Source of the DNA: Octopus vulgaris
Lineage: Eukaryota
Reading direction: 5' to 3'
NCBI GenBank assembly: GCA_951406725.2
Contig: OX597827.1
Coordinates: forward strand, 32,240,001 to 32,304,000
Length of the DNA stretch: 64,000 nt
In this document: positions 1 through 14,408 of the stretch, one piece after another
How positions within the stretch are numbered: the first letter of the stretch is position 1
How the letters are laid out: each line of letters opens with the position of its first letter
The notes under the pieces: generated by a model
Database searches by the model: none
What the model saw: the letters and a program-made list of their open reading frames with translations, nothing else
What the model was told of the DNA's origin: nothing
Made by a program: the position numbers and the translations under genes

Positions 1-767
1 CAATATATAAATATTGAAAGAGAAACCTTATTGAAGAGACAATTTGAACTCAGACCATAAAAAAACCGTTAAGCGTTTTGTCCGGCGTTCTAACGATTCT
101 GCCAGCTCACCAGCTTAATGATAGAAATAATGGTTTCAAATTTCGGCACCAGGCTGGCAATTTGATGGGGGAGGGTGTTAGCTGATCATGTCGACCCCAG
201 TACTTGACTGGTTCTATATCTTATCAACCCCGAAAGGATGAAAAGCAAAGTTGATTTCGGCGGTATTTGAACTCAGAATGTAAAACTGGGAGGAATGTCA
301 CTAAACACTTTGTCCGATGTGTTAACGATTCTAACATCTTTCCACCATATTAGTTAACAATTTATTTTTGGCACAAGGCCAGCAATTTTAGAGACTGGGA
401 GTTAGCTGATTATATTGACTGATACTTTATTTTACCGATCCTAAAAGGATGGCAGGCAAAGTTGACTCAGCAAAGAATTGAACTCAGATCGTAAAGAGTC
501 GGACGAAATGCAAGACTAAGTTGTTTTGTCGTTATTAACCACTAAGTCTTGCAGAGAGACAATAAAATACAATGAGCAGTAACGAAAGATCTCCCAAATT
601 CGTTTCGAATGGGACAAGTTAAAATAAAAGGAAGAGCTGAATAAAAAAAAGGTAAGCATTCCAGAAGAGAGATAAGTCAAAATAAACGTTCTGGAAGGGA
701 GATAACTCAAAAATGTATAAACGTACAAATGCATACAGGGAATAAATAAGAGAGCTTGATAAAATAT

Positions 768-1051
768 CTTCTTCTTAATCCTTTTTGTCCCTTGTGGAGC
801 CTAGGGCCGGGTTCCCAGTTTCCTTGGCGTATAGGTTCCCCACCTGGACGGGACGCCAGTCCGTTGTAAGTGAGCTGCAAGATGCAGGAGGAAAGAGTGA
901 GCGAAAGTTGTAGCGAAAGAGTCAGCAGAAGTTCGCCATTACCTTCTACCGGAGCCACGCATAAACACACACATCACCCGGTCTGAGATTCGAACCCGCG
1001 ATACCCCGACCGCGAATCCGCTACTCTAACCACTAGGCCATGTGCCTTCAC
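768..1051 (-). mobile_element. tRNA-derived SINE with RTE-derived tail
   Basis: A box TGGCCTAGTGG and B box GGTTCGAATCT; the tail ggccctaggctccacaagggacaaaaaggattaagaag matches 25287-25324. Confidence 0.85.
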
Positions 1052-1490
1052 TTGTAAAGACAGACGAAATACCTATTTCTCTAATACCCATAAGGGGCTA
1101 AACACAGAGAGGACAAACAAGGACAGACAAAGGGATTATGTCGACTATATCGACCCCAGTGCGTAACTGGTACTTATTTAATCGACCCCGAAAGGATGAA
1201 AGGTAAAATCGACCTCGGCGGAATTCGAACTCAGAACGTAACAGCAGACGAAATACCTATTTCCCTACTACCCACAAGGGACTAAACACAGAGGGGACAA
1301 ACAAGGACAGACAAAGGGATTAAGTCGATTATATCAACCCCAGCGCGTAACTGGTACTTAGTTTATCGACCTCGAAAGGATGAAAGGCAAAGTCGACCTT
1401 GGCGGAATTTGAACTCAGAATGTAGCGGCAGACAAAATACGGCTAATCATTTCGCCCGGCCTGCTAACGTTTCTGTCAGCTCGCCGCCTT
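1052..1490 (-). mobile_element. SINE family A, dimeric. Other copies ~44-515, 3720-3935, 6413-6635, 12095-12475, 16095-16305, 20315-20705, 41110-41315, 41615-41820, 48610-48840, 53205-53412
   Basis: Head ggcggcgagctggcagaaacgttagc, B-box-like GAGTTCAAATT, and core gtcgactttgcctttcatcctttcggggtcgataaa. Confidence 0.9.
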
Positions 1491-2625
1491 GAGAAAGGCA
1501 AAGTCGATCCCAGCGGAATTTGAATTCAGAGCGTTTGATAAAATATATTGTATTTAAAACAAGGTGCATAAAATCTAAAACTGTTTTTGCGTTGATCAGA
1601 TCATTCCACAGCCATGAAGACTTATACTCACTACGATACTTTTCAAATTCTGCAAGGTATTCTTTCAGCTGATGATTCCAGAATCCTTAGCCATTCGATA
1701 AGTGTGAGTGAAGAAAACCCATGTCAATGAGAATGCGGCAGAAAAACCTCCCATATTTTACACAGTTATTGGTGTGACGCTAGAGAAGTTAGGCAGAGAA
1801 TAATGATGTCTTCATGTAGCTAGTGTTTTGCCAATTTATTTTTTGCCAAGGTAACTGGTTAAATTGCTGTACACCGTGTCTTTGATATTGAAACGTTTAT
1901 AAAGAATGATTCAACTAGTAGGGTTTCTGTCGCACTCTGTAAGTACTGATAACATGCAAAATTCTATAAAGTCCCGGGAACTTCCGCTAATATTGTCCTT
2001 TGTCTTTTTCTGCCTATTTTTGGGGCGGTGCTGGTGGAGGGGGGGATCTTTGTAATTTTATCCCATCTCCTGCCCGTTCAACGTTTCACCTACATCAAGG
2101 GTCATCGACCTTGTTTTGCCTATGAAGGCTTTAGGTTCCCATTTTACACGGGTGGACACCCACCACTGGCCATGATTTTATGAGTAAATATTATCAGGAA
2201 TTTTATAAAAATCATTGTTGAAACATTTTGTATGGCTCCAGGTTCAATCCCACTGTGTGGCACCTTGGGCAAGTGCCTTCTACTATAGCCTCGAGCCGAC
2301 CAGTACCTTGTGAATGGATTTGGTAGACAGAAACTGAAAGAAGCCCGTTGTATATATGCCTATATGTGTGTGTGTATATATGAGTGTTCGCGCGTGTATG
2401 TGTGTGTTTTTCTTTGTGTCTGTGTTTGTCCAACCCAACCCACCGCTTGACAACAGGTGCTGGTATGTAACATAGCAGTTCGGCAGAAGAGACCGATAGA
2501 ATAAGTACTAGGGTCAATTCATTCGATTAAAAATTCTTCGAGGTCGTCTTTCGAGTTTGTCCTCATCATCACATGTGGATAGATTGGTACTACTACAAAG
2601 GGTCCAGTGTATATTTATATATATG

Positions 2626-2664
<39 letters not shown>

Positions 2665-2668
<4 letters not shown>

Positions 2669-3038
2669 CGCAATGGCCCAGTGGTTAGGGCAGCGGACTC
2701 GCGGTCGTAGGTACGCAATTTCGATTCAAAGACCGGGTGTTGTGAGTGTTTATTGAGCGAAAACACCTAAAGTTCCACGAGGCTCCGGTAGGGGGTGGTG
2801 GTGAACCCTGCTGTACTCTTCACCACACTTTTCTCACTTTTTCTTCCTGTTTCTGTTGTACCTGTATTTCAAAGGGCCAGCCTTGTCACACTCTGTCTCA
2901 CGCTGATTCTCCCTGAGAACTACGTTAAGGGTACACATGTCTGTGGAGTGCTCAGCCACTTGCACGTTAATTTCACGAGAAGGCTGTTCTGTTGATCGGA
3001 TCAACTGGAACTCTCGTCGTCGTAACCGAAGAAGTGTT
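2665..3038 (+). mobile_element. tRNA-derived SINE (family C)
   Basis: A box TGGCCCAGTGG and B-box-like TTTCGATTC; a colinear copy lies at 6953-7332. Confidence 0.85.
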
Positions 3039-3076
<38 letters not shown>

Positions 3077-3107
3077 ACAGACATATACTTGCATGCATAC
3101 ATACATA

Positions 3108-3351
3108 CAGTAATCCCTCGATTATCGCGGGTGTTACATTTCATACCCACCCTCCGCGATAGGTGAAAATCCGCGAAGTAGAAGCAGTACTGTATATTGT
3201 TTTAATTACTTTTATGATTTGTATATATTTTATTATAAATGCAAAACAACACCACAGAGGAATCGATGTAAACTTAAATAATAAACCGCAATAGGTGAAC
3301 TGCGATAGGTGAACCGCGATAGATGAACCGCGATATGGAGAGGGATTACTG
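3108..3351. mobile_element. Tigger/pogo-like MITE
   Basis: TIR cagtaatccctc/gagggattactg, TA on both sides, and internal gaaccgcgatag repeats. Confidence 0.85.
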
Positions 3352-3393
3352 TATTGTAGCATCTTATATTAAATATTTTCTGATCCGAGTAGT

Positions 3394-3445
<52 letters not shown>

Positions 3446-3446
3446 T

Positions 3447-3698
3447 TGTTTCGTTCAACATCCTTAAACAACCCTTATTCAGGGACCTTTCGAGCGGGTT
3501 GGGTTACTCAACGAGAAGAAAATTCTAACTGGGCCCCACCTGCAAGGTCATGTGCTGTTTATCTTGATATGAGATTACCATGTCGCGCACATATGTGCCT
3601 AGTGTACCCTTATCAGACGGGTAGTCATGATGGGTATACAGGGCTTCGTATATTTTACCCCAGTGTCACTTTGATGGCATGCACTGCTCTCTCACTCA
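3447..3698. mobile_element. Truncated copy of the (TAA)n-associated non-coding repeat
   Basis: gttcaacatccttaaacaa...gatggcatgcactgctct is shared with 52981-53175. Confidence 0.7.
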
Positions 3699-3941
3699 AT
3701 AATAATGATAATAATAATAATTGTTTCTACTTTAGACACAACGCTTGAAATTCTGGGGGAGTATTGTGTTAGTCAATTACTTCGACCCCAGCACTCAACC
3801 GATACTTTACTCTGTCAACCCCGAAAGGATGGAAGGCAAAGTCGACTTCGGCGCAATTTGAACTCAGAACGTAAAGACGGACGAAATTCCACCATGCATT
3901 CTGCCCAGCGTGCTTAATGAACTCTACCAGGCTCACCGTCT

Positions 3942-4460
3942 TGATGATGATGACGATAATGACGATGATAATGATGATAATGATGACGATGACGATGATA
4001 ATGATGATGATGATGATGATGATGATGACGATGATGATGATGATGGTGATGATGACGATGATGACGATGATGACGATGATGACGATGATGATGATGATAA
4101 TGATGATGACGACGGTGATGATGATGATATTTTATTTGCCACAAGGGTATCAGAGGAAGAGGGCATTACAAAACAACAATATAACAATAATATTAATAAC
4201 TACCGTTGTTGTTGTTGCTATTATTGCCGTTGTCCTCCATGTTACAGCCACCAACACACCGCCTCCTCCCCCTCCTGCTCTATCGTCAGCGATGCTATTG
4301 TGATTCATTGTAATTGGCAGTCAGAATGTTATTGATCTTGTTGTTCTTGTCACTGTCACTGTTGCTGTTGTTGTTGTTGTTATAAGTGCTGTTACCGATG
4401 TCGTCGGTGTCATTGTTGTTGCTGCGACACCTCTTCCTTCATGAAAAGCTGGAAACACAC

Positions 4461-4516
<56 letters not shown>

Positions 4517-4517
4517 A

Positions 4518-4559
<42 letters not shown>

Positions 4560-4669
4560 CAGCAGTAGTTGTGGTAGTAGTGGTTGTTGTAGTAGTAGTA
4601 GCAGCAGCAGTATTGGTAGTAGTAGTAATAGTAGTAGTAGTAGTAGTAGCAGCAGCAGCAGCAGCAGCT

Positions 4670-4711
<42 letters not shown>

Positions 4712-5298
4712 ATATTATTTGCCATTAGGTTTTCCCTTGCAAGACGGCAGGGTGCACTTCGAAGAACCTTAGACTGCCATTTCTAGCAAGTCGAATAGCC
4801 ATATAAGAAGCTCTCTACCAGGAGTATTTCCTTGAGCTGTTGTTGTTAGTGGTGGTGGTGACAGTGGGGTTGGGGTCACGGCAGTGTTTGTGGCGATGTT
4901 GGTGGCAGTGGTGACGGTAGTTACAGGGAGCAGTGTGGTGGTGTTGGTGGTGGCAGCGGCGGCGGTGGTGGAAGCATTGGTGGTAGAGGTGGTGGTGGTG
5001 GGGACAATGGGGTTGGGGCTACAGGTGTTGGTGGTGGTGGCGATGATGCTAACATAGGGCGGCGGTGGTGGCGGTGACAGGGGGCAAGTGATGGTGGTGG
5101 CGAGACAGGGGCAGTGTGGTGGTGGTGGTGGTGTCGGTGATAGGGGGCAGTGTGGTGGTGGTGGTAACAGTGGGGCTGGGGCCACGGTGGTGTTGGTAGC
5201 GGTGGCGATGGTGGTGACAGAGGGCGGCGGTGGTGGCGGTGACAGGGCGGTGTGGTGGTGGTGGCAGTGGTGTCATTTGTTGTAGTGGTGGTAGTGGT
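3942..5298. repeat. Cluster of trinucleotide microsatellites (GAT, GTT, TAG/CAG, GGT-rich minisatellite)
   Basis: Seen directly in the sequence. Confidence 0.95.
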
Positions 5299-6161
5299 TA
5301 CCTCGAGCCTGACCCAGTGCAGAGTCATTTACAGAGGCGTTCCAACCGTGACTATCAGAATTTTTTATTTTTCAAGCAATGTATTCAGGATTACATTACC
5401 CATTGGATAATGTCATCCTGGATACATTCTAGCCTTCCACTTTTTAAGAAAGCAAGAAGCGTTTTGTAAGAAATTTGGCTGCTATTTCTTGCAATTCGTG
5501 CGACTACAGAGAAGACCACTCATTCTGCCATCTTATATTTCTGTTGTTATTGATGTCGTCGAAGTCGGTGTGTTGTTGTCGGTGTCGTTGTTGTCTGCGA
5601 TGTTGCTGTTTGCGATGCTGTTGTTTAACCCCGGGTCAAGTCTCATTCAACCTGATTTCATGGTATCAAAGGAAATCCATGCAGCTCCGTGCCGTCGCCT
5701 TCGATTTATCAAAAGACTCTACGTAAGAAACGAAATAACCAAATGTGACGTCATCGATGCGATATGATTAGATGTGACGCGATGTCAGCAAATATGACGT
5801 AAGAAGATATGAAAATGATGTATGAAGCAGAAGGCCTGTAAATACAGCACAATGCACTTGTGATGTGAGCAAAACTGATCTGACGAAATACGGTCTGTCA
5901 TAGAATAACATTTATGATAATTAAAGAAGATTGTAATTAAACGAACTAGTGAGCTCAATTAGCTTTCGTTACTGACGCGTTAGCACTGCTTTGTTTCAAT
6001 GAGATACTGTGATATAGAATATATTTATACAGTCATAGATTTTTAAACTAAAAACATATTATACAAATGTAAATGCTCTGGCTGTCTGTCTGTCTGTCTG
6101 TCTGTCTGTATATCTCTCTCCCCAGTCTATATATGTATATAATATACTATACCATAATGTA

Positions 6162-6223
<62 letters not shown>

Positions 6224-6635
6224 CACACATACACACACACACACACACACATGGCAGACGTGTGCTTGTGTGGCAAGAAGCTTGCTTATCAGCCACGTGG
6301 CTCAGGATCAGCTCCACTGTGTGGAAACTTGGGCAGATGTCGTATACTATAGCTCCGGGCCAACCAAAGACATATGAAGGGATTTGGTAGACGGAAACTG
6401 AAAGAAGCCCGTCCGGCGAACTGGCAGAATCGTTAGCACGCCGGGCGAAATGCGTAGCCGTATTTCGTCTGCCGTTACGTTCCGAGTTCAAATTCCGCCG
6501 AGGTCGACTTTGCCTTTCATCCTTTCGGGGTCGATAACTTAAGTACCAGATACGCACTGGGGTCGATGTAATCGACTTAATCCGTTTGTCTTTGTTTGTC
6601 CCCTCTGTGTTTAACCCCTTGTGGGTAGTAAAGAA

Positions 6636-6673
<38 letters not shown>

Positions 6674-6911
6674 TTGTATGTGTGTGTGTGTGCGCGCGCG
6701 TGAGAGTGTCTTTGTGCTTGTCCTTCAATCAGCGCTTGACAACCGGTGATGGTATGTTTACGTCCCCAAACAGACCGATAGAATAAGTACTGGGCTTAAA
6801 AAAATAAGTCCTAGGAACGATATATTCGACTAAAACCCTTCAAGGCGATACTCCAGCATGGCGCAGTCAAATGACTGAAGGCTGAAACAAATATAAGAAT
6901 ATATATATGCA

Positions 6912-6943
<32 letters not shown>

Positions 6944-6952
6944 TGTGTGTGT

Positions 6953-7332
6953 GGAGGCGCAATGGCACAAAGGTTAGGGCGTGGACTCGCGGTCGTTGGA
7001 TCGCGGTTTCGATTCCCAGACCGGGCGTTCTGAATGTTTATTGAGCGAAAACTCCTAAAAGTTCCACGATGCTCTGGCAGGGGATGGTGGCGAACGCTAC
7101 TGTACTCTTTCACCACAACTTTCTTTCTCTCTTTCTTCCTGTTTGTGTTATACCTGTATTTCAAAGGGCCGGCCTTGTCACACTCCGTGTCACGCTGAAT
7201 CTCTCCAGAGAACCACGCTAAGGGTACACGTGTCTGTGGAGTGCTCAGCCACTTGCACGTTAATTTCACAAGTAGGCTGTTCCGTTGATCGGATCAAATG
7301 GAACCCTCGTCGCCGTATACGACGGTGTGCCG
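6953..7332 (+). mobile_element. tRNA-derived SINE (family C)
   Basis: Colinear with 2665-3038; both follow a (TG)n tract. Confidence 0.85.
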
Positions 7333-7334
7333 TA

Positions 7335-7371
<37 letters not shown>

Positions 7372-7417
7372 ATTGTATTATATCATGTCATATATCTGTG
7401 TATAAATGAATGTATGC

Positions 7418-7474
<57 letters not shown>

Positions 7475-8153
7475 CGTGTGTGTGTGTGTGTGTGTGTACA
7501 CATACACACACACACACACATATATTCTTTTGCAATGTTACTATCAGTCTGAACATACTTGATGCACGTTCGAACTGTGGAACAAGCGACTAACTGCATT
7601 TTGTCACGTAGAATATACTTTGCTTGTTGACAAACGGTGTGTATACACCTAGATCAGCTCGCAGCGCCGCCTACCTAGACTGTGAGTAGCTTGTTCCCCA
7701 GTTCGAACGTGCACCAAGTATATTCCGATTGATAATAACACTGCAAGTTCACTTCTCACTGCTTTGCGCTCCACACCACATAATATATTCTTTTATTCTT
7801 TTAATCGTGTCAGTCATTTGATTGCGGCCAGGCTGGAGCACCGACTTAAAGGGATTTCTAGTGGAAGAAATCGACCCCAGGAATTATTCTTTGAAAGCCT
7901 AGTACTTATTTTATCGGGGTCTTTTGCCGACGCGCTAGTTAACGGGGTCGTAAACACACCAGTACTGTGCGATCAGGCAGCAACGTCAGGTGGTGCTTAT
8001 CCGATGCACGGCTGGGGAGGAGGCGAGCATGAAAGCTGTGGACGCGAACCCAGATGAAGTCGACTACTGCTGTACTCATTCACGGGCGTTGCTGACATTT
8101 TGCATGGGAAGTTGTCAGAGATGGTCTTTCTCGGTTACAAATGGACAGCCATT

Positions 8154-8157
<4 letters not shown>

Positions 8158-8252
<95 letters not shown>

Positions 8253-8352
8253 TATATATATATATATGTATATATGTATATATATATATATATGTATATG
8301 TATATATATATATATGTATATATGTATATATATATATATATGTATATATGTA

Positions 8353-8412
<60 letters not shown>

Positions 8413-8433
8413 TATACATATATATTCTAGAAT

Positions 8434-8474
<41 letters not shown>

Positions 8475-8485
8475 GTATATAGATA

Positions 8486-8547
<62 letters not shown>

Positions 8548-8580
8548 TATACATATATATACATATATATTCTAGAATAA

Positions 8581-8610
<30 letters not shown>
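8158..8610. repeat. Long (TA)n tract, representative of many TA, CA, TATG, GATA and TAA tracts
   Basis: Seen directly; includes a duplicated ttctagaataaaa motif at 8425 and 8570. Confidence 0.95.
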
Positions 8611-8611
<1 letters not shown>

Positions 8612-8778
8612 GGCGTAGGAGTGGAGCTGTGTAGTAAGTAGCTTGCTTACGAACCACATGGTTCCGGGTACAGTCGCACCGCGTGGCACCTTCGGCAAGT
8701 ATCTTCTATTATAGCCTCGGGCCGACCAAAGCCTTGTGAGTGGATTTGGTAGACGGAAACTGAAAGAAGCCCGTCGTA

Positions 8779-8842
<64 letters not shown>

Positions 8843-8846
<4 letters not shown>

Positions 8847-9385
8847 AGGTCCCTTTCGAGTGCTACTGGTAACATGTAATCCAGAACAACCTGTTGCATG
8901 GTCGGGTCGTCGGCGACTAAACCGGCAGCCCCACCAAGCCTGCTTGGTAAGGAGGGTGTTTATCGGACACCCTGCGGGATGAAAAACAAAAAAGGGTGGA
9001 GGAACTCTTGAGAGTCAACGGCCATCCAATAAATGTTTTAAGGCTGTATCATGCGCGGGGACATAGAAATAATCGGACTGAATACTCGATCGCGCGGTCA
9101 AACCATTGGGAGTGAAGGACTCCTAGCCTTTGTTAGGGCATCCTTCAATGAGAAGGTAACTCAGGTAACTGGGATAACTCCAACATAAAACCGTCAGTGG
9201 TTACCGATGATGTTGACTTGCTCTTCTTTTCGGATTATGGCTGCTGTTGCTTAGTGAGTGGGATTGACTCAGTGCACAGCCTTTCCTCACTTTAAAAAAA
9301 GTCTCCTTGCACAGGCATTGCACGATAACAACATTGATTAAGCTTCGTGCAATGGTCATACTCGATAACGAGGGGGCAGCCACCA
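8843..9385 (+). mobile_element. ~540-bp non-coding repeat, possibly RTE 5'UTR-derived
   Basis: A second copy is split into 26586-26753 and 27116-27443. The gggcatcc..gagaaggtaactc motif resembles RTE leaders (from memory). Confidence 0.65.
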
Positions 9386-9594
9386 TATATATATATATGT
9401 TTGTGTGTCTGTGTTTTCCCCACAACATCACTTGACAACCGATGCTGGTGTGTTAACGGTTCCGTAACTTAGCACTTCGGCAAAAGAAACCGATAGTACT
9501 AGGCTTACAAAGAATAAGTCCTGGGGTCGATTTGCTCGACCAAAGGCGGTGCTCCAGCATGGCCACAGTCAAATGACTGACACAAGTAAAAGAG

Positions 9595-9626
<32 letters not shown>

Positions 9627-9989
9627 TGTATAAATACATATACTCTTTTTATTATGTAGGTCAATCATTCTAGAATAAAATCAAAACCTTTGTCCGATAT
9701 TGTTCAAATTTTTACACATGTAGCATTATGTGTCCCATGTCTCATATACTTTTCGTCGAAATAGGTGTACATTTAAAGCGGGAATGAAGAAAATCACGTT
9801 TATAGAGTGTTTCTTTTTATTATGCAAGTTAACAAATACTATATAAACTACATGTAATGTGATTTACATATAGAACGATACATAACCAGACCAATTAATA
9901 TATACGTCTATCTTCCACCATACATTTATATTTACAAACAATTCTGTATATATTTACATCTTTATATAGCCTCCTTTACCATTTGTAAC

Positions 9990-10345
9990 TTTAAATATTC
10001 TCTCATCAACTGATTTTTATCAATTTCTCAACAATCTCACTTTTAATATTACTTGCAGCAGTCTTTATTACTTCCCATAGTAAGTCCTTGTTTGGATATT
10101 GTTTACCATTAGAATATGCATCTTTTTTAATAAATGCCCACAAATTCTCTATTGGGTTCAGATCTGGAGACTGAGCTGGGGTCATTTCATTATCTTACGT
10201 TCTTTGAAACCTTTCTTAGTTAGATGGTTAATAGTGAGTTTGGCAGAGTGTGAAGGGTCATTATCATGCATAAATACGGCCTTTAACTTGAAACGTCACG
10301 GCGTTGACTTGTACCAATGGAAGAAGTTGTCATCTAGTAACTCCC

Positions 10346-10350
<5 letters not shown>
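9990..10350 (-). mobile_element. Tc1-type transposase fragment
   Basis: The minus strand encodes FMHDNDPSH and PAQSPDLNPIENLW. Confidence 0.85.
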
Positions 10351-10413
<63 letters not shown>

Positions 10414-10527
10414 TACTCAAAGAAATTCCAACTTTGATGTTCACGTTTTATTTACAATCTTTTTAATAATATAATATAAGATAACACAATAGAATTAAAT
10501 GATAGAATAGTAAATGTCCATTCTGAT

Positions 10528-10572
10528 TGAACTGGTACTTTCATGCATTAAACCATGCAATCTTCAGATTCA
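10528..10572 (-). ncRNA. Hammerhead ribozyme with one core substitution (U16.1>C), in ~200-bp repeat 10410-10617
   Basis: tgaat CTGAAGA ttgcat ggttta atgcat GAAA gtac CA gttca; paralog at 46552. Confidence 0.75.
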
Positions 10573-10620
10573 TGTAATAGTGGTGGTGACAGTTATGTTT
10601 TACAATTTACAACTGTGTGT

Positions 10621-10679
<59 letters not shown>

Positions 10680-10918
10680 TATTGCCTTAGCCCGTTTGCT
10701 TTCGGACGGTTGATTTCTGTAGTTATTATCAGTGTATTTTGGCGATTTAAATAAAAGTTTTCAGTTATTTCCAGCAGATAGAAGTACTTAGTATGTCATT
10801 TGAGTAATTATTAATCCTTCAGCTATTTAATGCTTTTTGGGCCTGCAATCGCCTGTATCATTGAGTGTTATTATCATTTTTAAATTGTTACACTAGATAA
10901 TATTAGAGTCAATTATAT

Positions 10919-11818
10919 TGTTACGACCGTCGCTCAACTCAACTCAAGACCCTAAGTCGAGCAACGACGTCTACGCTCAGTCAAACGGAAATCCACCACA
11001 GAAATTGGAGGATGGGGGGCAGCGAACGCAAACCAGTGACCGGAGACAACAACAACAAAGGAGAGAGACAGCGGAGGCAGTTGCTTACATTTAACATCAA
11101 TTTATATAATTTTACAACATCAATTAAACGTAATACATTTCAAATACATTTAAAAACAAAAGCATTTAACAATTCATAACTTTACAAAATCAATCAAACG
11201 TAATACATAAATCGACTTTTCCAAAACAATCTTTCTCTTTTCTTTTCTCCTCCTTCTCTTAGAGACACAGAGAGTTCGTTCTCAATTTTCCTTAAACATT
11301 TACAAGTTCTTTTTTTTTTTTTCTTAAACAGATTACACGTTCTTTTTACAGAGTCTCTTTTTCAAACATCATAATTCAACATTAAAGTCCAAAACACTAA
11401 TCGAAACATAAACAACAATACTGAATATTTCTGAATCCACTATAGCAGTCCAGCTTCTTCGCATGTCATCTTCTTTCTACCTATCGCCTGTCAATTCCCA
11501 ATATTCTCTGCCTGTCTTCCTCGCCTCTTGCCAACTGTCATCACCTAGCTGGCTGTCTGCATCGACTCGCTGTCCCAACCGAACTCCTTTCCGACCCTTC
11601 GCTGTCTGATCCACTAACACCAGTTCGTCGCATTTTAAAGGGTGGCATTTTTTTTGCAATTTTCCCTGGCCGTGTAAGGGTCAGAGGTACTTCCTAAACT
11701 CATTAATTTTAACCTTGCCGTTGACAAGACAAAGAACCATTATTTTTTTCCCCGCCGGTTCGACTCCAACCAACGGAACTACGGCATAGTGCTTTCCCGT
11801 TTATTCATCTCCGTAACA
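10919..11818. mobile_element. Probable solo LTR (900 bp)
   Basis: TGTTACG...CGTAACA termini; flanks atat/ctat give a near 4-bp TSD; non-coding. Confidence 0.65.
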
Positions 11819-12956
11819 CTATCTTCGCAAAATTACTTTTTTCGTGAATTATTTGCTCCGTTTTGAAATTATATATATATATATATATATTCATACATAC
11901 GTACACAAGCATACACATAATATATATACAATATATCATATCATAATAAAGAATCCACCAAGGATTATAAGTAAAAAAAAAAGGGCTGGATGCTTCATTT
12001 CAGATACAGTAAGAAAAGTAATTTGACAATAACGAGGTGAGGTAAACGAAACAGTCACCCATACAGCAAGAGCTTCTTCATTCCATCCTCTCTGAGCTAG
12101 CAGAAACGTCAGCACGCAGAGTGAAATGCTTAGCGGTATTTCGTCTGCCGCTACGGTCTGAGTTCAAATTCCGCTGAGGTCGAATTTGCCTTTCGTCGAT
12201 TAAATAAGTACCAGTTACGCACTGGGATCGATATAATAGATTTAATCCGTTTGTCTGTCCTTGTTTGACCTCTCTGTGTTTAGCCCCTTGTGGGTAGTAA
12301 AGAAATAGGTATTTCGTCTGTCTTTACGTTCTGAGTTCAAATTCTGCCGAGGTCAACTTTACCTTTCATCATTTCAAGGTCGATAAATTAAGTACTGAGT
12401 GCGTACTGGGGTCAATCTAATCGACTGGACCCGTCCGCCAAATTTCCGGGTCTTGTGCCTAGAGTAGAAAAGATTCCATCCTCTCCCTCTCTCCTTCTCT
12501 CTTTCTCTCTCGCTTTCCTCTGTCTTCCTTATCTGCTTATCTAGATTTCTTTCTCTTCTCTTCCTCTCTCTCACTCGCTCACGCGCTCCCTCCCTGTTGA
12601 ATGATAAAAGTGTAGTCAATATTGAATCACATTCACTTGATCAAACTGTATGTTTCCTACAAAGGACAACAAGCTGAGTAACGTTAGCATGTCCCAAAAT
12701 ATATGAGACAGACTATAATAGGTCAAATAATAAAGTACCTGTATTTGCGTGTTTGCATTTTTGCAGCTATATTACATATTTATACAGTTATTATGAATAA
12801 TGATATACAGATGTGTGTGTAAGAGTACGTTATACGTATGCGTGTGTGTATTTGTATGTACGTATACATACATATATATATATATGTGTATGTGTGTGTG
12901 TGCGTGTGTATGTGTGTGCATGTATGTATGCATATTTGTATACTATACATACATGC

Positions 12957-13029
<73 letters not shown>

Positions 13030-13184
13030 GAGAGACGTGAACACATATATAGATACATACATTTATATAGACATGCATAATGAACATCGATATATATATA
13101 TATTGACATATGAACATATATATTGCCTATAATATATGTAGAGATATACATCTATATATGATTATATATATATTGATATGTGTG

Positions 13185-13215
<31 letters not shown>

Positions 13216-13231
13216 AATAATGTATGTTTAT

Positions 13232-13630
13232 ATCTCTTATTATAAAAGGCAGATTTTATCTGCCTCCCTTTGGGAGTTATACAAATCTACAATATAGGAT
13301 TTCTTCAATTACAATTTACCTGGCATTTTTGAGAGTACAATGCATCGCGTCATGCCAGGTCCAGTTTTTAAAATTTAAACTCCAGTTAAGCAAAATTTAC
13401 AGAAAACTCACATTCTGGTGTGTGTGTCAAATGCTTTTCTTAGTCTGGTTTACACCACACGCAAACGCACACACACAGTGGGCAACGAATAAAATGAAAG
13501 TAAATAGCGACAGAGTGATTTGAGGAAGACTAAAGTGAAAGTATTCTGTCTATGACGCTGATAGATATATGAGTAAAATGTATGGGAAGCTAAGAGCTAA
13601 GAGTGAGTGAAAATGTTCTTGGAAGAGAGT
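13232..13630 (+). mobile_element. Helitron-like non-autonomous 5' segment
   Basis: Starts a|TCtcttattataaaa, a typical Helitron-like 5' end. No 3' CTAG end was identified. Confidence 0.4.
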
Positions 13631-13789
13631 AATTAGTAATAAAGTAAACATACACTCATACATACATACATACATACATAAATACATACACACACACACA
13701 CACACATACACACACACATACATACACACACACATACATACATACACACATACATACATACATACATACATATACATACATACATACAT

Positions 13790-13820
<31 letters not shown>

Positions 13821-13942
13821 TACACACACACACAGTATTGAAGCTTGAGAACAATCAGATACATTTGCAACACATCTGTTGAAAATATTATTGTTCACAC
13901 ACATACATATACATATATACATACAGACAGACAGACAGATAG

Positions 13943-13973
<31 letters not shown>

Positions 13974-14019
13974 ATCCAGCATGGCCACAACCTCAAGGCT
14001 GAAACATATAAAAGAATAA

Positions 14020-14390
14020 CAGAATATAAATGTGTGCAAAGTACAAGAAATATTAATGCAGTATATGGGGATTGGACAATAAGCGTAAGGCAGTGTCAAT
14101 GGTGGTTCCAGAAATCCCGAGCCATAAACTACAGCCTAGAAGACGAGCCTCATCCTGAAAGATCTATAGAACTCGACAAGGACATCCTGAAAACCCTGGT
14201 GGAACAAAATATCATCGTAACTGTTGAGGAACTAGCAGAGAAGCTTGGATTTGGTCATTCAACCATTCATTGACACCTGTGTGCTATCGGAAAAGTCAGC
14301 AAATTGGGTCAATGGGTTCCTCACGAACTTTCCGAGTCTAATTGCATGCAGAGAGTGAATGTATGCTTTTCTTTGCTGTCATATCTCACC
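14020..14390 (+). mobile_element. Mariner transposase N-terminal fragment
   Basis: WFQK..SLEDEP..TVEELAEKLG..STI..GQWVPHEL. Confidence 0.88.
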
Positions 14391-14408
14391 ACTACTGCGC
14401 TATGTATA

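Noticed and set aside
980-1051. tRNA genes at SINE heads
   Set aside because: A and B boxes are present, but they run on into SINE bodies and no full cloverleaf was identified.
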